IMG/VR virus record: IMGVR_UViG_3300032931_000857
DNA from: an uncultured virus (IMG/VR IMGVR_UViG_3300032931_000857)
Lineage: Duplodnaviria > Heunggongvirae > Uroviricota > Caudoviricetes
Length of the DNA stretch: 64,000 nucleotides
Direction: 5' to 3' (one strand)
How positions within the stretch are numbered: position 1 is the stretch's first letter; each line of letters starts with the position of its first letter. Of this stretch, positions 10,345 through 20,984 are shown one piece after another. The notes under the pieces were generated by a model. It was given only the letters and a program-made list of their open reading frames with translations, was not told the origin of the DNA and did no database searches. The position numbers and the translations under genes are program-made.

Positions 10345-12101
10345 GGATTGGACTCCTTTTTCAATAGGTGAACATTCGAGATGTAATGGAGAGTGTAAAT
10401 TTCATTTGCCTAAATTAATATCTTTGAAATTGTAAAGTGTGGGAGAAGAAAGAAGAGAAAATAAAATTCTTTAATACAAACAAAAAAAATAAATTAAGGA
10501 ACTATATAGAAAGGTTGTTATGTATGGCAGAAAATTTCGAGCAGTGGTTTAACGATAAGTATGGCAAAAATCAAAGTTACGGTCGTGGCGTTGCATTAGA
10601 AGCGTGGAATTACATCTTAAGCAAACAAAGTACGCCATTTATCAAGTGCGACGATTGTGATGAAATAGCAGAGTATCATTATTGTGCCGATTGTATGTCT
10701 AATCATCGTGACTAAACAGCGTGTATTTGTCAAACGTTGTATGGAAGTCTTATTTATTCTAATAAACATCAACCGTGTTGGAAAGGAAAATATGAAATTA
10801 TGGATTACATTTGAATTTGACACAGACAAAGAAACATTATTAAAAGGTAAATCAAAAAAAGAAATAGTTGCATTTGTAGAAAATGAATGTAACGATGAAG
10901 TTTTTTCTGGTGTTATTAAATTAGTAAAAATACAAGACGCAAGGTGTGACGTGGAAGAAAAACCGAACGGTAAAAATAAATTTTATAGGAGGTTCGATTT
11001 GAGATTGAGAAAAGAAATGAAACTTGTTAAGAAAGGAAAATGCATTAGTGGAGATATAGTTGTATCGAAAGAATTTGGTGTTGACGCAGTTGTAAATTTG
11101 ATAGGTTTATCTGTATCAAAATGTAATAGTCTTGGTTATAAGGTATATCGCAAACATCCGAAAATTATAACTGGTAGTTCCTCATCTGACAATCCACAAG
11201 ATAAAAAAATACCTTGGTTTCGTTCCAAAAAAAAGATTGGAAATTTATTATGAAATGCAGAAATTGTCAAAAAGAGATAGATCATTTATGGAATGATATG
11301 TGGGAATTGTGTGATGAGTGTGGATATCGGTATGACATCGAGACTCAACGCAGTCTCGATGGAAATTGTCAATCTATCTTACGACAATTACATATTAAAA
11401 TATATGAAATTATTAGTAGATGGGCAATAGATAATAAAATAAATGTAACTCCTGGACAAAAGAGATTGTTGGAGTTACTAGTGGAAGAAAAATTTAAATT
11501 CATCAACCAAACACAAATGGATGCCATTGCAGACCTAAACGATGCATTGGCTTATTTGCGTTGTTTACAAGTAGATAACGCAGTTAATCATATCAAAGCA
11601 GCTATTACTTGTCTACAACAGCACCATTTGTAAAGCATTGGAGAAATAAATTTTTTTATTAGGAGGAGCAAATGTCAAACTGCTATTCATGCTTAGAAAA
11701 TTTTAATAATTTAATAGAAATTTTGGTTGCTCAAAGAGATGAATGCGCCTCTAAAGCTGCGGAATTGGCCGTTACAACAGTCAACAACGCAAGGGAAAAA
11801 TTCTTGCCTGATTGCTGTGATGAATCTAAGCAAGATTTGCGTGATTGGATTGAGTGCGGCTTTAAGTTCTGTCCGTGGTGTGGGCGAGAACTTCGCCCTA
11901 TTACGTAACCGTTGAAGAAATAAATTTTTTTATGGAATTATTATATAAAATTCTAATTTGATAGACCTTCACAAGAAAGTAATAATTTGTGGCTTAATAT
12001 CACGAAAACGGTTGTGTTTTGGACGTAACCGTATTAGAGAATAATAGTACTACCGAGTTGTATGTCTATACGTTACTAATTAACAAAATTATTAAATCTT
12101 C

Positions 12102-12479
12102 ATGAATTTTAATATTTTGAAAGAAAGGAATTGGAACTTTATGCCAATATTTATGTTACCATCGAAAGCAGGGACCTGCCAAGTATGTGCAGCTTTACAC
12201 AATTCCACACAACCACATAATGCACAATCATTACCATATCAGATATGGTTTCAATCAACATATGGACGTAGTGTTACATGGGCTGATGCGGTTGCTCATT
12301 GCTCTGCTGAAGTTTCATCTACTTGGAAAAATGAGTTACTTAAAATAGGCAAATGGTCTGAACCAAAAAGTGGTATTCCTATTGTAACAGTTGATAAAAA
12401 TGAAATAGTTCCTAAACTGAAACCGTTACCTAATATGGAACCAACGATTGTGGATATAAAATCAAAATCAAATTTATAA
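12102..12479 (+). CDS. Hypothetical Cys/His-containing protein
   Basis: CQVCAALH...PHNAQS...TWADAVAHC. Confidence 0.6.
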   Translation: MNFNILKERNWNFMPIFMLPSKAGTCQVCAALHNSTQPHNAQSLPYQIWFQSTYGRSVTWADAVAHCSAEVSSTWKNELLKIGKWSEPKSGIPIVTVDKNEIVPKLKPLPNMEPTIVDIKSKSNL

Positions 12480-12729
12480 AATAAATAGAAATAATTATAC
12501 GTTATTATTATGAAAAATTATGAAAAAGTAAATCAAGATATAATTAATAAATTTTTAAAAAAAATTTTAGTAAATAATGTTATTAAAATTTAAATAGGAT
12601 GTCAAAATGTATAAAACATGTTTAACGTGCAAATACGAACCTTTTATTTATGTTATTAATTTACAAACAATTAAAGGTATTAAGTTTTTTCGCAATAATC
12701 ATAGTATTTTATAGAAAAGAATGGTTGTT

Positions 12730-13882
12730 TATGATTCAAAAACGTGCTTATAAATTTCGCATATATCCTAACAACACCCAAAAGATCTTGTTATCAAAGA
12801 CCTTTGGGTGTGTCAGGTATATATGGAATCAATTTGTAGAATCTTTTAATAAAAAAGAAAATCCTAAATCTACTACTCTATTCAGAAAAGAGATTGAATG
12901 GTTAAAAGAGGTTTCTTCTGCAGCTATTCAACAGAAAGAGATAGATTTTAAAGAATTTAAAAAACAGTTCTTCTCTAAAAAAAGAAAGAAGAAGATAGGA
13001 AAACCTGTATTTAAAAAGAAGTTTCAAAAGCAATCTTATAGATTGCCTAATCAGAAATTTGTTCTGAAAGATAATAAGATCAGACTTGAGAAAATAGGAT
13101 GGATCTCTATTATTCTCGATAGAGAAATACCTTCATGTAAATTCTTATCAGTAACAATATCTAAAGATCATGTTGGAGATTATTACGCTTCGATCCTTGT
13201 AGAGGAAGAGATTCAAGAACTTCCTAAAACAAATCGATCAGTAGGAATAGATTTAGGATTAAAAGATTTTATTACTACTTCTGATGGATTTCAGATAAAA
13301 ATGTTCAATGAAAGTGAGAGCCAAGCTAGAATTGAACACTTATCCATACATCTATCTAGGAAAACAGTAGGATCTTTAAGATTCAAAAAGATCAAAAGAA
13401 AGATAGCTAAAATTCATCGTAAAATTGCAAGAAGGAGAGAATGGTTGCATCATAACATCTCTTCTTATCTTGTAAATAATTATGATGAGATAGTTATAGA
13501 AGATCTTAATGTCCAGGGGATGATGAGTAATCATAAATTAGCTAGAAGCATAGGAAATCAAGGATGGTCTACTTTAGGCAATCAGATTGAGTACAAATCA
13601 AGATGGTATGGAAAGAAAGTAAAGAAAGTAAGCCGATGGTTTCCTTCCTCTAAATTATGTAATAAGTGCGGAAATGTTAAGAAAGATCTTTCTTTATCTG
13701 AAAGAATCTATGAATGTGAATGTGGTAATAAAATGAATAGAGATCTAAATGCATCTCTAAACATTTTATCCGCAGGAGTTAATACGGATCAACGATCATC
13801 GATGGAATGTAAGGCTTTTAATGATCAGGAGAGATTAAGAGCAATTCCAAGTGAAATGATTAATTTAATAGGAATTGAATAA
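12730..13882 (+). CDS. tnpB: RNA-guided endonuclease TnpB
   Basis: RAYKFRIYP HTH start, RuvC GIDLG / VIEDL / RDLNA, Zn ribbon CNKC..CEC; start at MIQKRAY. Confidence 0.92.
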
Positions 13883-15090
13883 ATTTCTATAAAAAGTGTA
13901 ACTATTATGTTAATACAATTAAGTATTAACAATTAAAAGGATTTTTTTTATGTTTAAGTTAATAATTATTAATAAGAAAAAAGAAAAATTAATTAAAAAA
14001 GCCTTTTTAATTTATGGGCAGATAAGTCCCATAAATAAAAAGTATTTTTCTTCAAATGATTTTAATTTCCTGATAGGGAAATTATCATTTTGGTTTTTAA
14101 AGAAAAATGGAAGCTCATGCTTTATTCAATAGCTTCCTATAAGAATGAATTTTTATTCATTCTTTTTTTTATTATGTAAAACTTTGGAGGCTGCATATGA
14201 TATTCATTATATTATTTCTGTTATTAATTCCAATATTTGGTTTTGGAGTATGGTGCGGTTATTTGATATTTACGCAACAGTACTCTAAATATGGCGCCCA
14301 TTCTGTATCATATAACCAGAAAAGTATGCAATGCTGTTCCGAATGCGGTTATGCACTTGGATCAAAAAATCAGTGTTTAAATAGAAATTGTGTACGGTTA
14401 GGAAAGTAACACTGCATACATTTGCTAAATTGTGTGAAATAAACAGCGCTTTTAATTTATAGGCGCACTGGAGGAAAAATGAAAGTATTAGTTTACACGG
14501 TCGCTATCATATTAACCATTGCCATCGTCGGTTTCATTTCTTATGGAGGTTGGCAAATTAGTCGTAAAAAGTGCGTTTGCTTCGCACATGCGGAGTACCG
14601 CACGTCGCACATTTATCGGACGTTGGGCGAAATGCCCGTTTTGAAAACAATTTATTATAGGCCGCGCGGGAAAGGAAAAAATCATGGGATGCGTTGTAAC
14701 AATCGAAAGTCCACATAAGTCATTTTTAAAGAAACTTACTCACTACCTATTTCATTGTCCGAGTTTTTGGAGTATAAAACCGAGGTATCACTGTTCAAAG
14801 TGCGGAGCTGGGTTTCGGTGCTATTGGGATGCAAACGATATTGAAGGTCACGGTATAGATATTTGTAACCGATGCGCAAAGAAAATTGAAGAGGCGCGGC
14901 AGAACATTAAAGAAGCACCGGGTCGCAGAAGCTATCGTTGCAAAGTAGCATTCAATGCTGGAAGGGATTTCAAACATGGCGGCAAAAAATTTTAGGAGTC
15001 GCCAAAAACAATTTACAACACAGAAAGGCTATCATTTTGAAAGTATCTAGTAGTGAAAATATTGTAGTTCAAAACGACAGCCCTTTCATT

Positions 15091-15154
15091 CCGTTGTACA
15101 AAATTTCAGTTGGTAACGAAAAAATTTATTTAATATAAGGAAAAAAAATGAAAC
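15091..15154 (+). repeat. 64-bp direct repeat, copy 1 (copy 2 at 15493-15556)
   Basis: ccgttgtac..aaggaaaaaaaatgaaac with 2 mismatches. Confidence 0.9.
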
Positions 15155-15549
15155 TCAAAAAGTATGCAATGCTGTTCCGACTGTATACATTTGCTAAATT
15201 AACTTCAATTTTGCTCTTAAATTTTTTTGAAAGGAGTTTACCATGCTTTCTGGTAAAGAGGCACTATCAATCATAGAATCTGAATTTCCGCAATTGAACT
15301 ATGGTGTAAAATTAAAGGACGCATGGCAAGCTCTGAAACGTGTTGTAGAAATTGCCAACAGCGCACAGCAGCTAAAGAATGAAATTGACGCTTTTGCAAA
15401 CGAACTTTCTGATATTCATATTAAGGATTGTGATATAGCGAATGTTAAAGATTTGGTTGAGCGAATGCGGCAACTATCAGCCATTTAGCGAACCGTTGTA
15501 CGAAATTTCAGTTGGTAATGAAAAAATTTATTTAATATAAGGAAAAAAA

Positions 15550-15819
15550 ATGAAACCCGGATATGATGATATTTTTACTATAGAAAAAAAAATATTAGAA
15601 TATACAAAATGTACAGAAATTAATACCATAGACATTATTTTATCTATGATGTATTTCCAAGAATATAAAGGAATAAAAGCATTTTATGATCTGAATACTT
15701 TTATTGATTTGGCAGAAAAAAATCAAATGGATAAAAATTTTATAATTGATATCATTATTCATGATCTTAATTGTAATAAAATAGATTCACTAAAATCAAA
15801 ATCATATATCAAAGGATAA
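15550..15819 (+). CDS. Hypothetical protein
   Basis: AAGGA RBS. Confidence 0.55.
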   Translation: MKPGYDDIFTIEKKILEYTKCTEINTIDIILSMMYFQEYKGIKAFYDLNTFIDLAEKNQMDKNFIIDIIIHDLNCNKIDSLKSKSYIKG

Positions 15820-15823
15820 AAGT

Positions 15824-16285
15824 ATGGAAGAAAAAAAATATTTTAATTGTTATGCATGCGATTTGAACAAAATATGTTCAATAAGAAAAGCAACAAATGA
15901 ACTATTGGAACTAATAATTAAAAAAGAAATATCAGAACAATTTCCAATTAATTATATTCCAGAGTTTATTGCTTCAATTTGTAAATACTATTCTAATAAT
16001 AATAAAAAAAAAGAGGATAATGAAATAGTTAATGCAGAATTTACAAGTGAATGGAGCGACGGAATAATAATTAAAACACCGTGTAAATATAACAAAAAAC
16101 TTGGACATCCGTTTGAAGTAACAAGTTATGATTATAATAGCAAAGGATGTTTAGTGGAACAGTATATTACTTATTATGATTTAGAAGCAAAAGAATATAT
16201 AGTTAAAAATATTTGTCAAGAATGCAATGAATACATTATTGAAAATGGTAAGTGCTTCGGAAATTGTTCAGCAATATTGGATTGA
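15824..16285 (+). CDS. Hypothetical Cys-containing protein
   Basis: CYAC, CQEC motifs; RBS. Confidence 0.55.
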   Translation: MEEKKYFNCYACDLNKICSIRKATNELLELIIKKEISEQFPINYIPEFIASICKYYSNNNKKKEDNEIVNAEFTSEWSDGIIIKTPCKYNKKLGHPFEVTSYDYNSKGCLVEQYITYYDLEAKEYIVKNICQECNEYIIENGKCFGNCSAILD

Positions 16286-17461
16286 AAATTTATAAATGAA
16301 TTACATAGCAGTAAGATATGATTGAAATTTAGTGACGTACAAGAAATTCTTAAAACGCCGTCCACAAATAAAAAAAAATATTAATCCTTTAGCGTACATT
16401 TGAGGTATAGTTTATGCTTAAAGACGACTGTGAAATTGTAGAGGGATATTTTGATTTTGTATGCATTCGCCCATCAATTAGAGATGCATGGAATCGCATA
16501 AAGGATTTTGTTAAAGTGCAAAACAAGACGCACAACAAAGTTATGAATACCATTTGTCCTAAGTGTAGCACCGATACTTCTCACGAGGAGTAAATAGTTC
16601 TTCGGTCGTGTGTCGGTTGTGGTTTAACATACGCGGTCAAACAGAACCCGTAATGCATATGAAAATATTAATCGGTGGTGCGTGTGCGAGATTTGTAGTG
16701 GCAGGTTAAAACTTAATTATAGCGGCTGAAAGTCCGTTCCTGCCCATACTGAATCATGCACCACCTTTACATTATTGTAGCAAATTTTACATGCACACAA
16801 CTCGCAAAGTACCACATTGAAACGATGGTACATTTGCGGAGTGTTGGTTGTAATTTGTAAATCTATTGATTTATAGGTTGCGCCAAAGAAAGGAATATAT
16901 GTTTAGATACGAACTTGAAAAATTAATTAATCAATATTCTATTGAAAACGGATCAAACACACCCGATTTTATGCTGGCAGGATTTTTGAATAGCTGTCTG
17001 GATGCTTTCGATCACGCTGTTCGTGAACGTGATAAATGGTATGGCGTTCACCTTTCTCCTGGCAACTCACATTTTGAAGATGCGCAACAGGATAATGTGG
17101 AAGAAAACAGCTCATCGCATAACACATCTATCCCAAAATTTCCTACTTGGGAGGAAGTTTACAAGTGGGCTATAGATAGTCATGGTTCACCTGATATTGA
17201 CCAAGGTAGGTACGCTATTCTCCGGGGTTGTTATGATTTTATAGCCGGAAACTTCGGGTTTAGATAATCAGTCGTTAATGATATTGGATTGAAAGTTTAA
17301 TTATATCGGGACTGTTTATATGTAACAAAAATCCTTATTATTACCGATGTAATAAGGTACTTTCAATTCATTTTATATTATTCATTATAAAAAATTATAA
17401 AATTACCAGATAGATATATTTTACTATTGGGTATTTTTTTAGTTATTAATTATTAAAATTT

Positions 17462-17497
17462 AGTTATTATTAACAAAATTATGAAATAACTATTATA
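17462..17497 (+). promoter_or_regulatory. Putative phage promoter, motif copy 3
   Basis: AGTTATT-N13-TGAAATAACTATTATA. Confidence 0.5.
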
Positions 17498-17577
17498 GAT
17501 TGGTTTAAATTAATTGTCAATGTTATATTAATATATATATAAAATATTTTTTTTAATAAAAAGAAAGGAAATAAAAA

Positions 17578-18171
17578 ATGCATTTTAGAGAAATACAAAA
17601 AAATATTTTTTTAAGTAATCAACAAAAAACTGTTGATTTCAAAATTCATTTTTTAATTGAACTTAAAACAAATAAAATAACAGAAAAACTTTCCATGTTG
17701 GAAGTATTGGTTTCAATATTGTCATTAGACATTTTTGAAACATTTCCAGATGAATTAAAAAAAAATTATAAAACAATTAAAGATAAAATATTATACCTTT
17801 ATAACATTGGATTATTTATTCCATATTTTAATATTGAAGGAAGAAACTGTTTAGAAGAATCAAAATTTAAAATATCAGAATCATTTGATAATATAGAAGA
17901 AGAATTATCTTTACCAAAATATAAAAATAATTTAACTGGTAGAGATATTCTTAGGGGAAGAGAAAATTCAAATTGTTTTACAATGTCTGATGGAATTGTT
18001 GATAATGGAACTCTAAAAATAACTAATGAAAAAAAAATAAATCAGGGAAGTTTAACAAGTGAATGTTGGCTAATTCAAATGAATGGTTTAACTGCTTGTA
18101 ATTCGTGTCCTGCTATAAATACTGAAGATTGTGGTGGGAAAAGAATTCGTAAAAAATTATTGAATAAATAA
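17578..18171 (+). CDS. Hypothetical protein with C-terminal Cys cluster
   Basis: ECW...ACNSC...DCGG; RBS. Confidence 0.6.
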   Translation: MHFREIQKNIFLSNQQKTVDFKIHFLIELKTNKITEKLSMLEVLVSILSLDIFETFPDELKKNYKTIKDKILYLYNIGLFIPYFNIEGRNCLEESKFKISESFDNIEEELSLPKYKNNLTGRDILRGRENSNCFTMSDGIVDNGTLKITNEKKINQGSLTSECWLIQMNGLTACNSCPAINTEDCGGKRIRKKLLNK

Positions 18172-18261
18172 ATTAAATTAAAAGTACGACGTTTTATGTA
18201 TTAAATAATCTCACCTCGTCCCCAATTAATACTAAAACTCGTACTTTTTAAAAGGAATAAA

Positions 18262-18633
18262 ATGGATAAAACTTTTATTAAAAGAATTTATGTTTCTGAT
18301 CATTATTGCAGTGGCTATCCTAACAGCGCTCTAATTGTAATGAATGAAAATCTAGTTAATAGAATAAAAAAATTATGTGAAGCGGTAAAAAGTCTTAATG
18401 CATATTGTATAGAAATTTTTGATATTACTCCAATTTTTTATGAAGATGATTTAGACGAAATTGATATACAATTTAAATACATAGAATTGGTAAAAAAATG
18501 GAATGGAACTATTGATATATTAACTGCGTGTGTTACTGATAGAATGGTATATTGGAAAGGATTAATTAAAAATACTTCAATAAATATTGAAACTGAACCA
18601 ATACATATAACAGAAATAGTAGAAAATATTTAA
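18262..18633 (+). CDS. Hypothetical protein
   Basis: AAGGA RBS. Confidence 0.6.
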   Translation: MDKTFIKRIYVSDHYCSGYPNSALIVMNENLVNRIKKLCEAVKSLNAYCIEIFDITPIFYEDDLDEIDIQFKYIELVKKWNGTIDILTACVTDRMVYWKGLIKNTSINIETEPIHITEIVENI

Positions 18634-18659
18634 AAAAAAAATTTACAAAAGGAAAATAA

Positions 18660-19577
18660 ATGAATATAATTAAGAGAATGGAAATATTAGAAAATTTTGC
18701 CAATTCATTAAATCAATATAATCAATATAGTAAAAATTTTAAAACAGCAGAATTAATATTCATGTATTTATCATTACTAAATAAAATAAAAATATGGCAA
18801 ATGACAGGATCTAAAACTTTTAAATTATCATCAGATCTTGTTGAAGCTTTTAATAATACAGATATTAATCTTAATTATACACCAAATGATTTTCAATATC
18901 CTTTTGGGTGCTTTATGATAGAAAGTGAAGACCCAATGTTTGACGTATTTTTTAGTGATGGAAGAAAAACAAATGTATATAATATTCTTTATATTGATAA
19001 AGAAACTGCAACTAAAAATTCTAAACTAATTAGTATTGATGGCTATGTTCAGAATATTGAATGGGATATTTCAATATCGGCCATAGTTCCTGGTGTAAAA
19101 ATATTAGATATAGATACTGGTCTGGATTATATTTGGTTAAATTTAAAAAAAGATAATGTTATTAAAGAAATGTATGAAAAGCAAATACATCCAATAGCAA
19201 AAGATTTGGACATAAGAATAACAAAAAATGAAACTCAAAAAGTTGTTAATATATTTTATAATACAGTAATGTATATTAATGAAAGGGTTGACAATGGTTG
19301 TGTGCAAAAAATATGTACACGAAAAACAAATGTTAAAAGTAATAGTAAAAATAAAAAAATTACTAATACTTATATATATTTAACAACTCCAAAAGATTAT
19401 AAATCTTTGAATAGTTCTAAACATAGAACTATAGATAAAAGATTTATAGTCAGGGGCCATTGGACAAATCAAGCTTATGGCGAAAAATTAACTTTAAGAA
19501 GAAAGCAATGGATTTTACCATATTGGAAAGGTCCAGAATTATCTGAAATAATATCAAAACCTTACAAAGTCAATTGA
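18660..19577 (+). CDS. Phage hypothetical protein with VRGHW..Q.YG..WI.PYWKGP C-terminal motif
   Basis: Motif recognisable from phage hypothetical proteins; function unknown. Confidence 0.65.
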   Translation: MNIIKRMEILENFANSLNQYNQYSKNFKTAELIFMYLSLLNKIKIWQMTGSKTFKLSSDLVEAFNNTDINLNYTPNDFQYPFGCFMIESEDPMFDVFFSDGRKTNVYNILYIDKETATKNSKLISIDGYVQNIEWDISISAIVPGVKILDIDTGLDYIWLNLKKDNVIKEMYEKQIHPIAKDLDIRITKNETQKVVNIFYNTVMYINERVDNGCVQKICTRKTNVKSNSKNKKITNTYIYLTTPKDYKSLNSSKHRTIDKRFIVRGHWTNQAYGEKLTLRRKQWILPYWKGPELSEIISKPYKVN

Positions 19578-19614
19578 TGTTATTTATATGTTTTTTTTGT
19601 AATAATATTAATGT
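19578..19614 (+). promoter_or_regulatory. Putative phage promoter, motif copy 4
   Basis: TGTTATT-N13-TGTAATAATATTAATG. Confidence 0.55.
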
Positions 19615-20125
19615 ACAAAGAAATTTTAATGGCGTATCGCCATTTATTATTTTTTTTAACTTTCAATTTATATTAGTCAGAAAATAATATGCGAAATATG
19701 TAACCATATAAATTGAAAGTTAAAAATACCCACCAGGAGTAATTTTATTAGTTAGTAGGATAATCCTCCACGGTCTGGGAGTTCAATTCTATAAGTATTA
19801 TATCGAATCAAGTGAAGTTTGTACAAGTCTTAGAGTTGAATAGAATGGAGTTTCTCCATTCTTCAATTTTTATTTAATATCCTCCAAGTTATAACAGAAT
19901 AGGTGTATAAGAGAAATTTATTAACTTGGAGGATATTAAACCGATGGCTGACTGACAAAAGCCTAAGGAGCAATGACTTCTGGCTTCGTTGGTGTGGCGC
20001 CGCGTCGCGAATCTGATGTTACCACCAAGACGTTGGGAAATAGTGGATGTAACTCTTCCGAATAGAGCCATCTAATCAATTTAAGGTAAGACTAAAAAGG
20101 CCACATTGTAAGTGGCCTTTTTTTT
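19615..20125 (+). ncRNA. ~500-nt multi-hairpin non-coding RNA candidate
   Basis: Perfect 21-bp (19653-19673/19706-19726) and 19-bp (19873-19891/19922-19940) stems plus several others; no credible ORF. Confidence 0.55.
20094..20125. terminator. Bidirectional intrinsic terminator
   Basis: aaaaaggccac-attgtaa-gtggcctttttt at the convergence of + and - transcription. Confidence 0.8.
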
Positions 20126-20148
20126 AGCTATTAAATTCACTAAAATTA

Positions 20149-20943
20149 CTATCCTTTATTAATTAAAGGAGATATGATATTAACATCAGCAAGATTTGTA
20201 CCTTTTATATAATCATACGAAGCTGCTGTATTAATTGGTCTTACTCTAATAAATTCAATAGATACTCCCTCAGACAACACATTCATTGCTGCTGAAATAC
20301 CAAGCTGATGAGTACTTATTCTACATCCTTCAAAATAAATTTGACTTACCGTATCACTTTGCTGATCTTTAAAGTAAAAGGCAAGTCCAGTTGGTTGATC
20401 AAAAAATGAAGAAGCTAAATTTATAGACATTTGACCAGAACCTATTGGTTCAAACTCTTGATAACTTTCATTGCCTGAAGAGTCTAAATATTTATTAGAC
20501 ATAAATTTAGCAAACTTTTTATCTACAGTAGAATAATCAGCCTTTACCTCTCCCATATATAAAGCTTTTAATATATTGGCGCCATCAAAAAACACTCTAC
20601 TCATATTTATGGCTCCAACAGTTTTCCCTGGTATTAAATAACTTAATCGAGAGCCAATTTCAAATATTCTACTAAGTGGTTTAGACATACTTATTTGAGC
20701 AGTGTCAACAAGACCTATTGGAACTATTCTAATACCTACAGATCCTGAAAGAGCTTGCTCAAAATCAGCAGGTCCTGCACATATTAAAACAGTTCCAGAT
20801 TCAACTATATCGTTTATAGCTATACCTTGTTTGTTAGCTTGAAATCCTGTCTTGTCAATATAAGCCTGTGAGACATGTTTATTTTTCCAATCCCACCCAC
20901 CACTAAGATCAACTAAGCTATCTAAATTAATAGGGTTTCCCAT
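20149..20943 (-). CDS. Putative tail tube protein
   Basis: Immediately downstream of sheath; RIFEIGS and IYFEGCRI beta-rich pattern; GGAGG RBS. Confidence 0.5.
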   Translation of the reverse strand: MGNPINLDSLVDLSGGWDWKNKHVSQAYIDKTGFQANKQGIAINDIVESGTVLICAGPADFEQALSGSVGIRIVPIGLVDTAQISMSKPLSRIFEIGSRLSYLIPGKTVGAINMSRVFFDGANILKALYMGEVKADYSTVDKKFAKFMSNKYLDSSGNESYQEFEPIGSGQMSINLASSFFDQPTGLAFYFKDQQSDTVSQIYFEGCRISTHQLGISAAMNVLSEGVSIEFIRVRPINTAASYDYIKGTNLADVNIISPLINKG

Positions 20944-20984
20944 AAAATTTCCTCCTAGATTATTTCAATTTATATATATATATA

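Larger units (their letters stand above)
7850..17280 (+). mobile_element. Integron-like gene-cassette array (about 25 small co-oriented ORFs with attC-like palindromes)
   Basis: Repeated [A/T/C]AAC...imperfect inverted repeat...GTT units overlapping ORF 3' ends (e.g. 8564-8686, 8975-9045, 11783-11914, 14311-14435, 15014-15096, 16796-16851, 17118-17276); locally raised GC. Confidence 0.6.

Noticed and set aside
12650..13882. TnpBs as catalytically dead, domesticated regulators
   Set aside because: Both TnpBs retain the D-E-D RuvC residues
7850..17280. CRISPR array
   Set aside because: Repeats are degenerate palindromes separated by whole ORFs, not identical repeats with uniform spacers; no cas genes
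19889..20071. 60-aa ORF on the - strand
   Set aside because: Lies beyond the late-operon terminator within a strongly base-paired region; more likely non-coding
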